64,000 nt of DNA, taken from Lama glama. Lineage: Eukaryota. The stretch's first letter is position 1, and each line of letters starts with the position of its first letter. Of the stretch, positions 13,757 through 26,190 are shown piece after piece. A program made the position numbers and the translations under genes. The stretch covers positions 18,168,001 to 18,232,000 of the forward strand of contig CM052832.1 in assembly GCA_028534125.1 (NCBI GenBank). The letters run 5' to 3'. The notes below the pieces were generated by a model. That model worked only from the letters and a program-made list of their open reading frames with translations. It had not been told where the DNA came from and made no database searches.

Positions 13757-14904
13757 GGGGTGACATCAGCAAGATGACAAAATAGAAAGCCACAGACCTT
13801 GCTCCCTGACAGAGACATCAACCAACACCATTGATACTGTTGACATCAGTATATGGTCCAAAAAGCCTTTATGAGAGCTCCTAAATCAGTTAAGAAACCA
13901 CAGTATCCCCAAGCAAGTGCAAAGCCAAGAACAGCTGCATTGAAATGAATAAATAAAGCCATTGTATTCCACCCATTATAAACTATACTCCAAGCTGACA
14001 GAGCTCAGTGACAGCAGAAAAAAAAATGGCCAACTTATTGCTTCTCTCTTGGAAAGGAAAGAGCAGAATGGAACATATGTCCAACATTTTGGGGTGGGGA
14101 GGTTGGGAGGCTGCCCAAGGGACTGGTTTCTGTCTCACATGACTAGGAGCATCGACAGGGAACCATCAAACTTCAGATGCCTGGGGGCCACTGGGAACAA
14201 AGGAGAGCTTGGCAGCTTGTAGCAGAATCACAGAACCTGCAACACCACAGATAAACACCAGAGGGAGCAAGAAATTATGAGCTCTGGAAAAAGGAACCGA
14301 CAAACCTCTCTAACTGGGAAATTACATGCACAGTGTCAGAGAAGACATCGGAGAGGTCTTCAGAACCTCTACCCAGGCTGATTAGTGAAGGTCTTCCCCT
14401 GTGCAAAGTCAATCTGTAAAAGCTGGGAGAAGTGGCTATTTTTTAAATGCCCAAGTCCCAGTAAAAAATAATAAAGCATATGAAGAAACAGGGAAATGTG
14501 ATGCAATCAAAGAGGAAGTATCTCCAGAATCAAACTCTAAAGAAATAGACCTTTATGAATTACCTGTCAAAAATTTCAAAATAATCATTTTAAAGAAGCT
14601 CAATGTGCTAAAACAGAACACAATAGACAACTAAATGAAATCATAAAAATGATAATATCAACAAAAAGGCACAAACTATTTAAAAAATAGAAATTCTGGA
14701 GCTAAAGAATGCCGTAATTAAATTTTAAAAATTCGTTATAAGCATTCAACATTAGACCTGATCAAGGAGAAGACAGAACTAGTGAACTCAAAGACATGCC
14801 CTTTGAAGTGACTGAGTTAGATGAGCAAAAAGGGGGGAAATGGAGAAAAGTGAGGAAAGTCTAAGGGACTTATGCGACATCATCAAACAGACTGAAATAT
14901 GGGA
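13757..14904 (+). mobile_element. LINE-1 5' region/ORF1 remnant
   Basis: ORF1-like peptides (EIDLYELPVKNFKIIILKKLN; EESLRDLCDIIKQTEI) broken by stops. Confidence 0.75.
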
Positions 14905-15404
14905 NNNNNNNNNNNNNNNNNNNNNNNNNNNNNNNNNNNNNNNNNNNNNNNNNNNNNNNNNNNNNNNNNNNNNNNNNNNNNNNNNNNNNNNNNNNNNNNN
15001 NNNNNNNNNNNNNNNNNNNNNNNNNNNNNNNNNNNNNNNNNNNNNNNNNNNNNNNNNNNNNNNNNNNNNNNNNNNNNNNNNNNNNNNNNNNNNNNNNNNN
15101 NNNNNNNNNNNNNNNNNNNNNNNNNNNNNNNNNNNNNNNNNNNNNNNNNNNNNNNNNNNNNNNNNNNNNNNNNNNNNNNNNNNNNNNNNNNNNNNNNNNN
15201 NNNNNNNNNNNNNNNNNNNNNNNNNNNNNNNNNNNNNNNNNNNNNNNNNNNNNNNNNNNNNNNNNNNNNNNNNNNNNNNNNNNNNNNNNNNNNNNNNNNN
15301 NNNNNNNNNNNNNNNNNNNNNNNNNNNNNNNNNNNNNNNNNNNNNNNNNNNNNNNNNNNNNNNNNNNNNNNNNNNNNNNNNNNNNNNNNNNNNNNNNNNN
15401 NNNN

Positions 15405-15668
15405 CTGAGAACTACGTAATGTATCATATACAAGAAAATTGTTAAGGGAGTAAATCCTAAGAGTTCTCATCTCAAGATGGAATTTTTTTCCCTTTCTTCC
15501 TGTCTCCTTTCTTTTCTCTTTATTATATCTATATGAGAAGGTGGATGTTAGCTAAACATAATGTCACAACCATTCCATAATATATGTCTATCAAGCCATC
15601 ATGCTGTATGCTTTAAATTTATACAGTAATGTATGCCAATAATTTCTCAGTAAAGCTGGAAAAAAAGT
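15405..15668 (+). mobile_element. LINE-1 (L1MC-like) 3' end
   Basis: gtaaatcctaagagttctcatc...ctcagtaaagctggaaaaaaa; similar to the copy at ~37290-37510. Confidence 0.7.
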
Positions 15669-15706
15669 AGAAATGCTGAGTAGACCTATAACAAATAAGG
15701 AGATTG

Positions 15707-16230
15707 AACCCTATAATGCAAATATTGGTCTGCTTGATGTTGTCCCATGAATCCCGTAAGTTTTTAAAAATTCTTTTTTCTTTTTGCTGCTCTGATTGGA
15801 TGAGTTCCCCTACTCTGTCTTTGAGGTCACTGATTGTTTCTTCTGCTTCGTCTAATCTGCTGTTGAAGCCTTCTGGTGTATTTTCCATTTCAGATATTGT
15901 ATTCTTCAGCTCTGTGACTTCTGTTTGGTACTTTCTTATATTTTCTATCCCTTTGTTGATGTTCTCATTGTGTTCATACATTCTTCTCTCAAGTTTATGA
16001 TCATTACTGTAAACTCTTTATCAGGGAAATTACTTATCTCCATTTTAGTCTCCACCCACCCCTCCAGAGGTTTTTATCTTGTTTTCTCCTTTAGAACATA
16101 TGCCTCTGTTTCCTCATTTTGCTATTCTGTGTGTTTTTTCTGTGGGTTAGATAAAACAGCCCTTTCCTAGTGCTGAAGGAGTGGCCTCATGTAGGAGATA
16201 ACCTTATCATTCAACCTTGCCCTAGCTTCC
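15707..16230 (-). mobile_element. LINE-1 ORF1 remnant, antisense
   Basis: ORF 15619-15981 reads ELKNTISEMENTPEGFNSRLDEAEETISDLKDR...LRDSWDNIKQTNICIIG, typical L1 ORF1 coiled coil. Confidence 0.85.
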
Positions 16231-16599
16231 CTCCTTCCCAACCCCCGCATGTAAAGACTTTTTTTTTTGTCATGAAATTATTCTTGTAGTTGTGTGGACT
16301 GGCAGAGTTTCCTTTTGGGTTTTTTTTGCTTGTGCTTTTGGTGTCATACCTAGACTCATCAACATCTTTAGCTAGATCAAGCCTGGAACTTGGGGTTCCT
16401 ACTAGAGGGCCATGTTCCAGAGAGGACTGGCCATCCTCCAGGATCTGGTTCTCTTAATGATTCTGGTAAAGTACTTTCTCAACATGACAGAAAGTCTCTG
16501 CAAATGAACTTCATCTGTATAGGTTGCTCAGGGACCCCACTGGACCCAACTATGCTTCCAAATTTGAGGTAGATTCGGGTCTTACTGGATTTGATGTGC

Positions 16600-17150
16600 T
16601 TTATCTGCTGTTTCCATAGATTGAGGGGTGGACTCTTGGGAAAGGTAATCTCACGTGCAGGCTTTCGACTCCTACTCAGTCAGATAAGAATGGACCTTGT
16701 GCCTGGAACACAACTTTGCCAAGAGATAAAGAGTCCACACAGCCTGTGCCAGGCTTATCACCTTATGTGAGGATATCTTTCCCTGTTTCATAGTTAATGT
16801 GTACTCCTTTGTTCTGCTTCAGCACATGCATCAGTGACCTCAGGCATGCTCCCAGCTTTCAGTATTTCAGACTCCATGGGGGAGGGGTTGTGGCCTTCCT
16901 GTGGCAGGAGAGTTGTGTGCCTGGGTCTACTACCCTGCATCAGTTGCTGTGGGGACCTGCTAGACATGCGGGACTGACATACACATTAAAGCTGACCTTG
17001 CTCTGTCTTTTCTCTGTGTAAGTAAAGTGTTGTTTCAGCCTGTGCTTGACTGTGTTGTGTTTTCCTTGGTGACTGTGATACCAAGATGCAGTGAGCAGAG
17101 TGTTTGGACTTCTATTTCTGGTGGTCGGCAATAATGATGATCTTTGCTAC
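16600..17150 (+). mobile_element. Probable old solo LTR (ERVL-like)
   Basis: LTR-like layout with agtaaagtgttgttt poly(A)-type region; family not determined, boundaries approximate. Confidence 0.4.
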
Positions 17151-17194
17151 CATCCAAGTCGTTTGAGTCCTCCCTTGACATTAGTAATCAGTAC

Positions 17195-17650
17195 ACAGGG
17201 AACCTATGAATATATTATCCTGATGGCAAAAAGGACTTTACAGATGTGATCAAGGTTACCAACTTGAGATGAGGAGGTTATACAGGTAAGGCAATCCAAT
17301 CACATGAGTCCTTAAGAATGGAGAACATTTCCTGGGTATAGTCAGAGAGTTATGCAATGACAGAAGGCTTGGAGAGATGTGGCATGAGAAGAAATTGGTC
17401 CTTCATTGCAGGATTTGAAGATGGAGAAAAAAGGCTATGAGCCAAAAACTGCAGGAAGCCTAGAAGCTAGAAAGAGCAAGGAAGCAGATTATCCAAAAAG
17501 GAATACAGCACTGCCAACACCTTGATTTTAACCCAGGGTACCCTGAATTAGACTTCTGAAATACAGAACTGTAAGATAATGAATTTGTATTGTTAAGTCC
17601 ACTAAGTACACGGTAATTTGTTACAGGAGCAATAAAAAAAAAAAAACTGA
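17195..17650 (+). mobile_element. MaLR (MLT1-type) LTR
   Basis: ggactttacagatgtgatcaag, ttgaagatgga, gaagctagaaagagcaagg, ctgccaacaccttgatttt, gaactgtaagataat motifs. Confidence 0.75.
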
Positions 17651-18142
17651 TTCACACCCTTTTCAGGTTCTGAGGTCATATATACCTTGAGGACTGTTGC
17701 TTCTCTCATCCAAAGCAACTTTGGGGCATGATGTTGCTCACACACATAGCCCCTCTGTTAGTGTCTGATACATATTAGCTGAATGAATAAATTAAAACCG
17801 TTTGCCCCAATTTTGTTCAGGCTGGGTATCTAGATTATTAGCTAGGCTGATGTTGGATTAATAACTGTTTTCCATAAAGAACAGCCATGTATTAGCTTAC
17901 AAAACAATCTATTCAGCCACAAGTTACTTCTCTACTATGTTTTGCCTGGTTTTTCTTTTTTTTTTTTTCTTCTTTTATCCCCCAAATTCCAAAGTTTCTT
18001 CATTTGATTTGAGGATTTTTGTTGTCTTAAACACATCAACAAACAACAATATGAACATCAAGAACACATTAACAAAAGCAATAAAATATTCTTTATTATC
18101 TTAAAGATATTGTTCCTCAGCCGGCATAAGGGGAAGGATCCT

Positions 18143-18370
18143 TCAGTTACATTCACGTGCTTTGTGAATTAACATTGGTCCTGTCAGATCAGTCCTATCT
18201 TCCGCTGCAGTTTTCTCCACCCACACAAGGCCACCACTACACACATTTAAGAGCATTTCATCCATCTCTCTGGCCACATCTTCGGTGACTGAGTGCTTCC
18301 ACTGTGCTTTGGGATCCTCCATTTCTTCCAGATCCTTCAGGGTGCTTTCCTCAGGGTCGGCAGCATCCAT
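18143..18370 (-). CDS. Candidate 75-aa acidic microprotein in a putative terminal exon divergent from ZNF322
   Basis: Acceptor ttctattctctttcctcaag|G (exon start 18410), Kozak accGagATGG, TGA at 18143-18145, AATAAA at 18097-18092, GU-rich tract beyond; no homologue recognised. Confidence 0.4.
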   Translation of the reverse strand: MDAADPEESTLKDLEEMEDPKAQWKHSVTEDVAREMDEMLLNVCSGGLVWVEKTAAEDRTDLTGPMLIHKARECN

Positions 18371-18479
18371 CTCGGTGACGCTGCCCGGCCTCGAATCCTC
18401 TTTTAATAGCCTTGAGGAAAGAGAATAGAAGTTGTAAACTAACATAAACAGCGTTGCTTCTTCTTAGACAAGCGGGTAG

Positions 18480-19150
18480 GAGGGCTCTCGCTCCACCCCT
18501 GGACCTCTGCAGTTAAGAGAGGACCCCTAAATCCTCGCCCGCTCCGCCCCGAAACACCACGGGCCGCGGAGCGCAGGCGCTCCCAGGGCCCCGCCCCCGT
18601 GCCAGAGGCTCGGCCCCTATTGGCCCAGAGGCCGGGGGCGAAGAGCCCTAGTAGCTGAACAGAGGGTGATCATGTGATTCGGGGGGCGGGGCTGCGCCGG
18701 CCGCTTCCCAGCCAGACTGAAAGGGCTCGGGTAGCTGGCCTGGTCGGCCCTTAAAGCGCCCACTGGACGGCCTGGTCCCAACTCCCCTCGCCCAGCCGCG
18801 CAGAGGGAGCTGCTTGTGGCTCTCGTCGGCCTCCCAGGTCTGCTTTCCGTCTTTCCCCGAAGGTGGGCCCTTAGGTTCACCGCCCCGGAGCTCGCGGCCG
18901 CCGGGAAGCCCAAATCCGAGTGTCCGGAGAGTAACCGGAAGTGCTGTCCCTGGCGGAGGGGCGGCGTCGGCAGCCGCCGGGGTAAGCGCGGCCCGCGGGG
19001 CCTGGGAGGAGCATGGCCTGCGGGGCGCAGGGACGAGGGGAGGGGTTCGGCCGGGCCCGAGACCCCCTTCGGCCTCCGCCTGGTAGGAGCAGCCTCTGTT
19101 CCTCGCGACCGAGCGGAGTCTGGGAACCCCCTGACGGCGAACCGAAAGGC
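18480..19150. promoter_or_regulatory. ZNF322: CpG-island promoter of ZNF322, likely bidirectional; exon 1 ends at 18981
   Basis: Dense CpG, GC boxes (~18590, ~18682), ATTGG (~18620), ETS site ccggaagtg 18935-18943, donor GGG|gtaagc at 18982. Confidence 0.85.
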
Positions 19151-19820
19151 GGTCAATGAAAAGTTGAAAGGAGAGAAGCTTAGTACTATCGTTCCAGGAG
19201 ATCATAATAGTAAACACTGCCAGGCACTTTTCTGAGCGATCTGTATCTTTTATATTGGAGGAAAAAACCCAAGGGCGTTGAATGGAGTTCCCTATCCACC
19301 ACCCACCCCCATCTTTAATGCAGAGATTGGTCATGTTGCAGCCGAATCTAGATGCAGAAGAATCTGGTTTGTTCAGTCATTTCATAACCATTTTTGGAAC
19401 CAGCGTTGTATGTAACTTTGTATCATTTACACTTACCAACTGCGTCTTGAGGTTTATAGTAGTAGAAAAATGAGTCATTGACCTCAGAAGTTGCGATAAT
19501 ACACTTGGCAGAGGAGAATTAGAAACAAGCAAGTAGAACGGAAGTCAGGGCTTTATTATGAAGTTAAAGTTAGTCATTACCCAGAAGGATTCTCGATGTT
19601 TTGTCGAAAGCTGTTAGGGAAGGAACTGATGGCTACCAGTGGCAGGTACTTCTTACAGGAGAAACAATGTAAGCAAAGGTGGGAAGAGGTACCTTATGGC
19701 TGAAGGATACTGATCAGACTGGGAAGTAAATGGGCCCAATTTTCAGATTTCCAGCTCCAAAAAATCTTAAATTTCACAAAAATTATAAATTTCCACATTA
19801 TTGATTTTTTTTTTCTCTAG

Positions 19821-19909
19821 GAGAGGAAAGAATTGAGTGTTGTGAATAGTTATGGACTAGAGACCTTTTGGAGGCAGAAACAAGACAGTCCTGAGTCTTT
19901 GTTGTTATG
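19821..19909 (+). other. ZNF322: Probable ZNF322 non-coding exon 2
   Basis: Acceptor ttttttttttctctag|G and donor ATG|gtaagt bracket 89 nt. Confidence 0.7.
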
Positions 19910-20179
19910 GTAAGTGACATACCAGGCTGTATGTTTCTGTATAAATGGTGGATTTTTTGGGGGGGAGGAGAGGAGGACTAGGGGAGAACAAGACGGAATG
20001 GGAGAAGATACATGGGAAAAGAGAATGATCTTTTCCTAGCTCCTGAGATAGAAGAGTAATAAAACTGGGTCCTATCCTACCAGTTTAAGTGTATTTTCTA
20101 CTCCTTTCTAACATCCTTATTAATAATAGGCTGGTAGTAATTGCTTCATGATTGATTTGCAGCCCCCAAAAAGGCAGTA

Positions 20180-20415
20180 TGCCCTGGAGTCAGAAGATGG
20201 AAATTTAAATTCTAGCTCTGCTACTTACTAGCTGTGAGTTCTTGAGTAGTTATTTAACTGCCCTGAGCATCAGGTTTCCTATCTGTAAGGTGCAAACATT
20301 GGTATTAATACCTGTTTTACAGCGTTCTTGGGAAGATTAAATGAGATAATCCTTGTAATCAATGAAAAATAAGTGAAATAATCCCTAGCCTAGGGCCTGA
20401 TACAGTAAGCATTAT
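20180..20415. mobile_element. MIR SINE
   Basis: ctctgctacttactagctgtg...tttcctatctgtaa...agattaaatgagataat MIR core. Confidence 0.7.
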
Positions 20416-21239
20416 CTGTTTTTTAGATAATGCTTTATTGACTTTGTCTGCTTGTCCCACACATCCTTTAACTGCAAGGGTAGCCTTGAGCTTTGAAGTT
20501 CTATACTCTGCCTGTCTACTTGGACTTTATTGCCTGTCTGCCTATTCTGTGCACTCTGACCCTAGCCATGGAAGAGAGAACCAGTCTTTTCCTAGGATGC
20601 GGTAAGAGAAACCTCTTAGAAAAGGGTGCCCTGAAGCTAAGGCGTGTTTTGGGGTTTGCCAGATGGACCAGCCAAGACTATTAGCCTAGTCTGTTGCTTT
20701 GCTATTGGGGCTCCAAGGATGATGATGATGATGGCTCTTTTTTTGTTCTGGTATTCATATTTTTCATTCACTCAACAGATATATTCTAGACACTAAAAAT
20801 AGTGCAGTGAACAACAACAACAATAAGTTCTAATCCTAGTGGAAGTTATATTGTAGTAGGAGAGAGAAACAAATTAACAAATATAAAATACATATCACAA
20901 AGCTGAGAGATGATAAATGCTATGGAAAGAAACAAAACAAGATAATGGGACAGTTATTTGAGATGAAGTAGTCAGGGTGTGCTTCAGACTTTCTAGTCAG
21001 ACACACGAATTAAATAAAGGAGCAAGCTACTTGGGGGAAGAACATTCTAGGCAGAAGGAGTAAGAGTAAAGGTTCTGATGTGTTCTGTGAGGCTGAAGAT
21101 AGGTGAAGACACATTATGTAGGGCAGTGAAAACTTTAGGTTTTATTCTCAGTGTGGTAGGAAACAGTTATAGTATTTTGAACTAGGGAAGTATCATGGTT
21201 TACTCTAAGTTTTGACAGCCAGACTGTATTTTATTTTCT

Positions 21240-24200
21240 AGGTGCTGACATCTCAAAGGCTTAGTTTAGGTCATTTATTTGGCATAATTTCCCTCAGTTT
21301 GGGTTTGCCTGATGTTTCCTCATGATTAGATTCAGGTGATATATTTTTGGCAAGATAGCGTAGAATTGATGTTCTGTTCTCTTTGCATCATATTAGGAGG
21401 CAATTATATATCTTGTTATTGGTGGTGTTAACTTTTATCATTTGGTTCAGGTGGTGTCTTCCAGGTTTCTATACTGTGAAGTTACTTTTTTTGTCTTTGT
21501 AATGATTAGATAGCTAGTGGGGAGATATTTTCAGCTTGTATAAACATCCCAATTCTCATAAAACTTTTCATCCACTAATTTTTGCCTGAAACAGTTAATA
21601 ACTCATCTTTTGATTGGACATGTGGTTTTCTTAATTCCATCATTTTTTCTACATTTAATTGTTGACTTTTTCAGTATAAGAAAAAAACTTTCCCTTCTCC
21701 AACACTATTCACTTTTTAAATGAGTGTGGACTCATGGTTTCTTACTGTGTTACTAATTTATTACTGTTGTCATTTATTTTGATGTTCTGTTTGTTCCAGA
21801 TTTGTATAGTGGCAGCCCCTTCAGCCTGGCTCCTGGGTCCTCTTGGCATATTGTCACCACTTTTTGAGCACTTCCTTATTTTCTGACACAAAAAGTTGTT
21901 CCGGGCTCATCTTGTACTTTCTAAACCCTGGAATTAGCCATTTCTCCAAGGAGCCCAGGTTCTTTTCAGTGGGAAATGGTGTTTAGAAACCAAGATCTAA
22001 GTGCTTGGTATGCTCATTACTACTGGGATTTCATTGTTTCTATATGACCTCTCAGCAGGCACTATTAGGAAAAAATTATACTTTCACACATACACACATT
22101 TCTGTTTTTTGTATATATGCTTCAAAACCTTGACCTCATACTGATACTTCTAATTCCAATTAAACACTACAGAGCTCATTCTAGCCTTTCCCTTTTCTAT
22201 ATTTGTTACTCCCTTCTTTGATGGTGAGGCATGTGGGTGCCGTTACATTTACTTATTTGTTCTTTCCTAGTATATACATTAAATAGTGAACCTTTACCAC
22301 CATGGGGGAAAACCCCTGCTAATTAGAGTTTGGTAATTGTCTATAGTTCTTTTTACCTTTAGCTTGAATTTATATACTCCTGATACTGTATTATAGTTAT
22401 TTGAATTGTTTTGCCCTCTTCTGGGTAGTTTTGTTATTCATTTGAAATACAGACTCATTTGTTTTTGTTAGTATCCCATTTAAAATTTTTTCTCCCCCAT
22501 ATTTTCTAGTTAGTTACTTATTGAATATGTGAAATGTAACAGCAAAAAATGTGTGTTTTACAAAGATGTATACTCAAAGAAATATGACTCTCCCTCCACC
22601 CTTTGGCACCAATTTCATATTCCTGTTCTTTTAATCCCATTTTCACCAACCTTGTGATGGTAACCAAACTCATTTGTTTTTTCTTTGTCTTTTCTGAGCT
22701 TCTTTTTAACCAAATGAATAGATACATGTATAGTTTTTTATTTCTAATTTATTCTTACACAAAATTTAGCATACTTTTTTACACTGTTGCTTTTTAAAAT
22801 TTACAGTTGATCCTGGAAATCACTCCACATCAGTTAGTAAAGATTATCTTCATTCTGTTTTACACTGCATAGTACTTCATTATATGTGAACGTACCAGGT
22901 TTATTCAACCACTTTTTTGCATATGGGCATTTAAGTTGTTTGAAATATTTTCAAATTACAAACATTGCTACAGTGAATAACTTTATACATGTGTATTTTT
23001 ATATTATTGGGGGTGTATCTTCATAGTCAACTCCTAGAAATGGGATTGCTGAGTCAGATGTAAATGCGTGTCTAGTTTTATTAGATATTGCCAAATTGCC
23101 CTCAAGGGGTTGTACCAATTTGTATTCCCTCCAGCATCAGATGAGACTGTCTGCTTCCCCATAGCCTTGAGAACAAAAAGTTATCATATCTTTTAATGTG
23201 TGCCAGTTTGATTGGTGAGAAACAATATTTCACATTTCTTTTTTATGATTTCATTTCTTCAAGTAGACTTTTTTTTAGAGTACTTTTAGGTTCACAGCAA
23301 AATTGAGTGGAGCATACAGAAGGTTGCTACGTGCCCTCTACCACCCTCCCCCACCCCAGCCTCCGCAACTATCAACATCCTACACCAGAGTGGTACATTT
23401 GTCACAGTTGATAAACCTACATTGAGACATCTTTATCACCCAAAGTCTGTAGTTTACCTTAGGGGTTGTCTTGGTGTTTTACCTTCTGTGAGTTTGGACA
23501 ATGACATATCCTTACCATTTGGTATTATACAGACTAGTTTTGCTGCCCTAAAAATTCTCTGTGCTCCTCCATCTATTCACCCCTCTTTCTCGAACCCCTG
23601 ATAACCACTGATCTTTTTTTTTACTGATTCCATAGTTTCGCCTTTTCCAAAATGTCACATAGTTGAAATCATACAGTTTGTGGCCTTTTCAGACTGGCTT
23701 CTTTCACTTGCCAATATACAAATAAGATTCTTTTGTGTCTTTCTATGGCTTAATAGCACATTTCTATTTTAGCACTGAATAATATCCTATTGTCTGAATG
23801 TACCATAGTTTGTTTATCTATTCATTGAAGGGCATCTTGGTTGCCTCCAAGTTTTGGCAATTATAAATAGAGCTTCTGTAAACCTCCTTTTGCAGGTTTT
23901 TATGTGCATATAAGTTTTCCAGCTCCTTTGGGTGAATACCAAGGAGTGCAACTGCTGGATCATATGATGAGAGGATATTTAAAATTGTTAAGAAACTGCC
24001 AAACTGTCTTCCAAAGTTGCTGTGCCATTTTGTATTCCCACCAGCAATGAATGAGAGTTCCTGTTGCTCCACATCTTTGTGAGCATTTGATATCAGCATT
24101 CTGGATTTTTGTCATTCTAATTTGTAGTGGTATCTTATTGTTTCAGTTATCATTCATAACATGAATGATCAACTAATGACATGATGTTGAGCATCTTATG

Positions 24201-25960
24201 TTTTTTATTTGCCATCTGTTTAGCTTTTGCCCTTTTTTAAATCAGGTTGTTACTTTTCTCATATTTTAAGAGTAAAATATATTTTGGAATATAGTCTTTC
24301 ATCAGATATCTTCTGGAAATATTTTCTCTCAGTCTATTGCTTATCTTAGTCTCTTGACAGTGTCTTTTGCAAACAGAAGTTTTTAATTTTAATGAAATCC
24401 AGCTTATGAGTTATTTATTTCATAGATCATGACTTTAGTTTTATATCTAGAAAGTCACCATCATACCTAAGGTCACCTTTATTTTCTCCCATGTTATCCT
24501 CTAGGAGTTTTATAGTTTTGTGTTTTGATCCACTTTGAGTTAATTTTTGTGAAAGGAGTAAGGTCTGTGTATAGATTCATATTTTTGCATGAGGGTGTCC
24601 ACTTGTTCCAGCAACATTTGTTGAAAAGACTGTCTTTTCTGCATTGTATTGCCTTTGCTTCTTTGTCGAAGATCAGTCATCTGTATTTATGTGAGTCTGT
24701 TTCTGGACTCCTTATTCTTTTTCAGTGATCTGTTTGTCTGTTCTTTTACCAATAACACACTGTTTTGATTACTGTCATAGTAAGTTTTAAAGTCAAGTAG
24801 CATCAGTCTTCCAATTTTGTTCTCTTTCAATATTGTGTTGGTGGTCTAGTGGTTAGGATTCGGCACTCTCTCCCAATGTTGTGTTGGCTATTCTGGGTCT
24901 TTTGCTCTCCATATAAACTTTAGAGTCAGTTTGTTAATATCAACAAAATAGCTTGCTGGGATTTTGATTGGAATTGAGTTGAATCTGTAGATCAAGTGGG
25001 AAAGAATTGAAATTTTGACAATATTGAGTCTTCCTGTTCATGAAGATGGAATATTTCTCCATTTATTTAGTTCTTTTTTGATTTCTTTCTAATCAGAGTT
25101 TTGTTGTTCCCTCATATAGATCTTGTACGTATTTTGTTAGATGTATACCTACATGTTTCATTTTTGAGGGTGCTAATGTAAATGGTATTGTGTTTTTAAT
25201 TTCAAATGTTAATTGTTTGTTGCTGGTATGGAGGAAGGTGATTGACATTTGATATTAACCATGTATCCTCCATCCTTGCTGTAAGTGTTTGAAAGTTTTT
25301 CTCTTTGTGTTATTTAACTATTATTTATAAGTTTTTAATACTTTTTGTTGTTATTATACAAGGAATATCCTCTATCCTTGTATATGCTAATTGGTTGGTT
25401 TTTTTGTGCATAGAAAAAGGCTATTTATTTGTGTGAATTTTATATCCTGTTACTGAATTCTTTTATTATTTGAATCAGTTTTAGTACTGGTTCTCTCTAG
25501 GGTTTTCCAGTGATACTCTCGTATGTCTCTAAACAGAGGTAATATTTCTTTTCAATTGTTACACCTCCAATTGTTTTCTCTTTTTAAATTGCATTGACTA
25601 ATACTTCCAGGTCAGTGTTTAATAATAGATTATGATCATTCTTGATTTGTTCCTGATCTTAGTGGAAATGACTAGTTTTTCTCATTTGGGTACTGCTGTA
25701 GGACTAAGGAGTGTATATATTTTATCATGTTAAAAGGAAGTATCCATGAATTTCCTACTTTCTTGAGTATTTTCATCAAGAATGGATGTTGATTTCTGTT
25801 ATGAATGCTTTTAGTATCTATGGAAATAATCATATTTTTCTCCTTAGATCTCTAAATATGAAGGATTATATTAATGGATTTACTAATATTGAATCAGTTT
25901 ACCCCTGTAAAACCTAGAGTACTTGTGGACTCTGATGCACAATTTTAATTTTGAGCATTT
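21240..25960 (-). mobile_element. Nested antisense LINE-1 fragments in ZNF322 intron
   Basis: T-rich strand with L1 3' ORF2/UTR phrases (aaactgccaaactgtcttccaaag, ttccagcaacatttgttgaaaagact); ORF 23818-24099 is L1 ORF2 C-terminus-like. Confidence 0.75.
24839..24870 (+). pseudogene. Retroposed 5' half of tRNA-Glu(CTC), tailless
   Basis: tggtggtctagtggttaggattcggcactctc matches nt 5-36 of tRNA-Glu-CTC as recalled with one CpG-type change; flanked by caatattgtgttgg and caatgttgtgttgg. Confidence 0.8.
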
Positions 25961-26190
25961 TTTTCTTGGTTCCAGGAATATAAATAATATTTCTTCTTTG
26001 TCTCACAGGGTTGGCAATACCAAGTAAGGAATTAGTGTATATGATGCTGGAAACTTGTGGGGAGGAACTGCTCAAGACTGAAAGGCCTAAAACAGATGTA
26101 TATGTCAAGTTCCTATCAAGAAAATGACTGTGAAGAAAATGATGGGTCAGGAAGACCAGTGGAAAACTCCCTAGGAGAGAGCCATAGAAA

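Noticed and set aside
14840..15470. Long ORFs made mostly of X (also at 1136-1897, 54956-55513, 60345-60986)
   Set aside because: They only run through N gaps
18617..19334. Several 90-228 aa ORFs on both strands
   Set aside because: Pro/Arg/Gly-rich by-products of the stop-poor CpG island, with no recognisable domain
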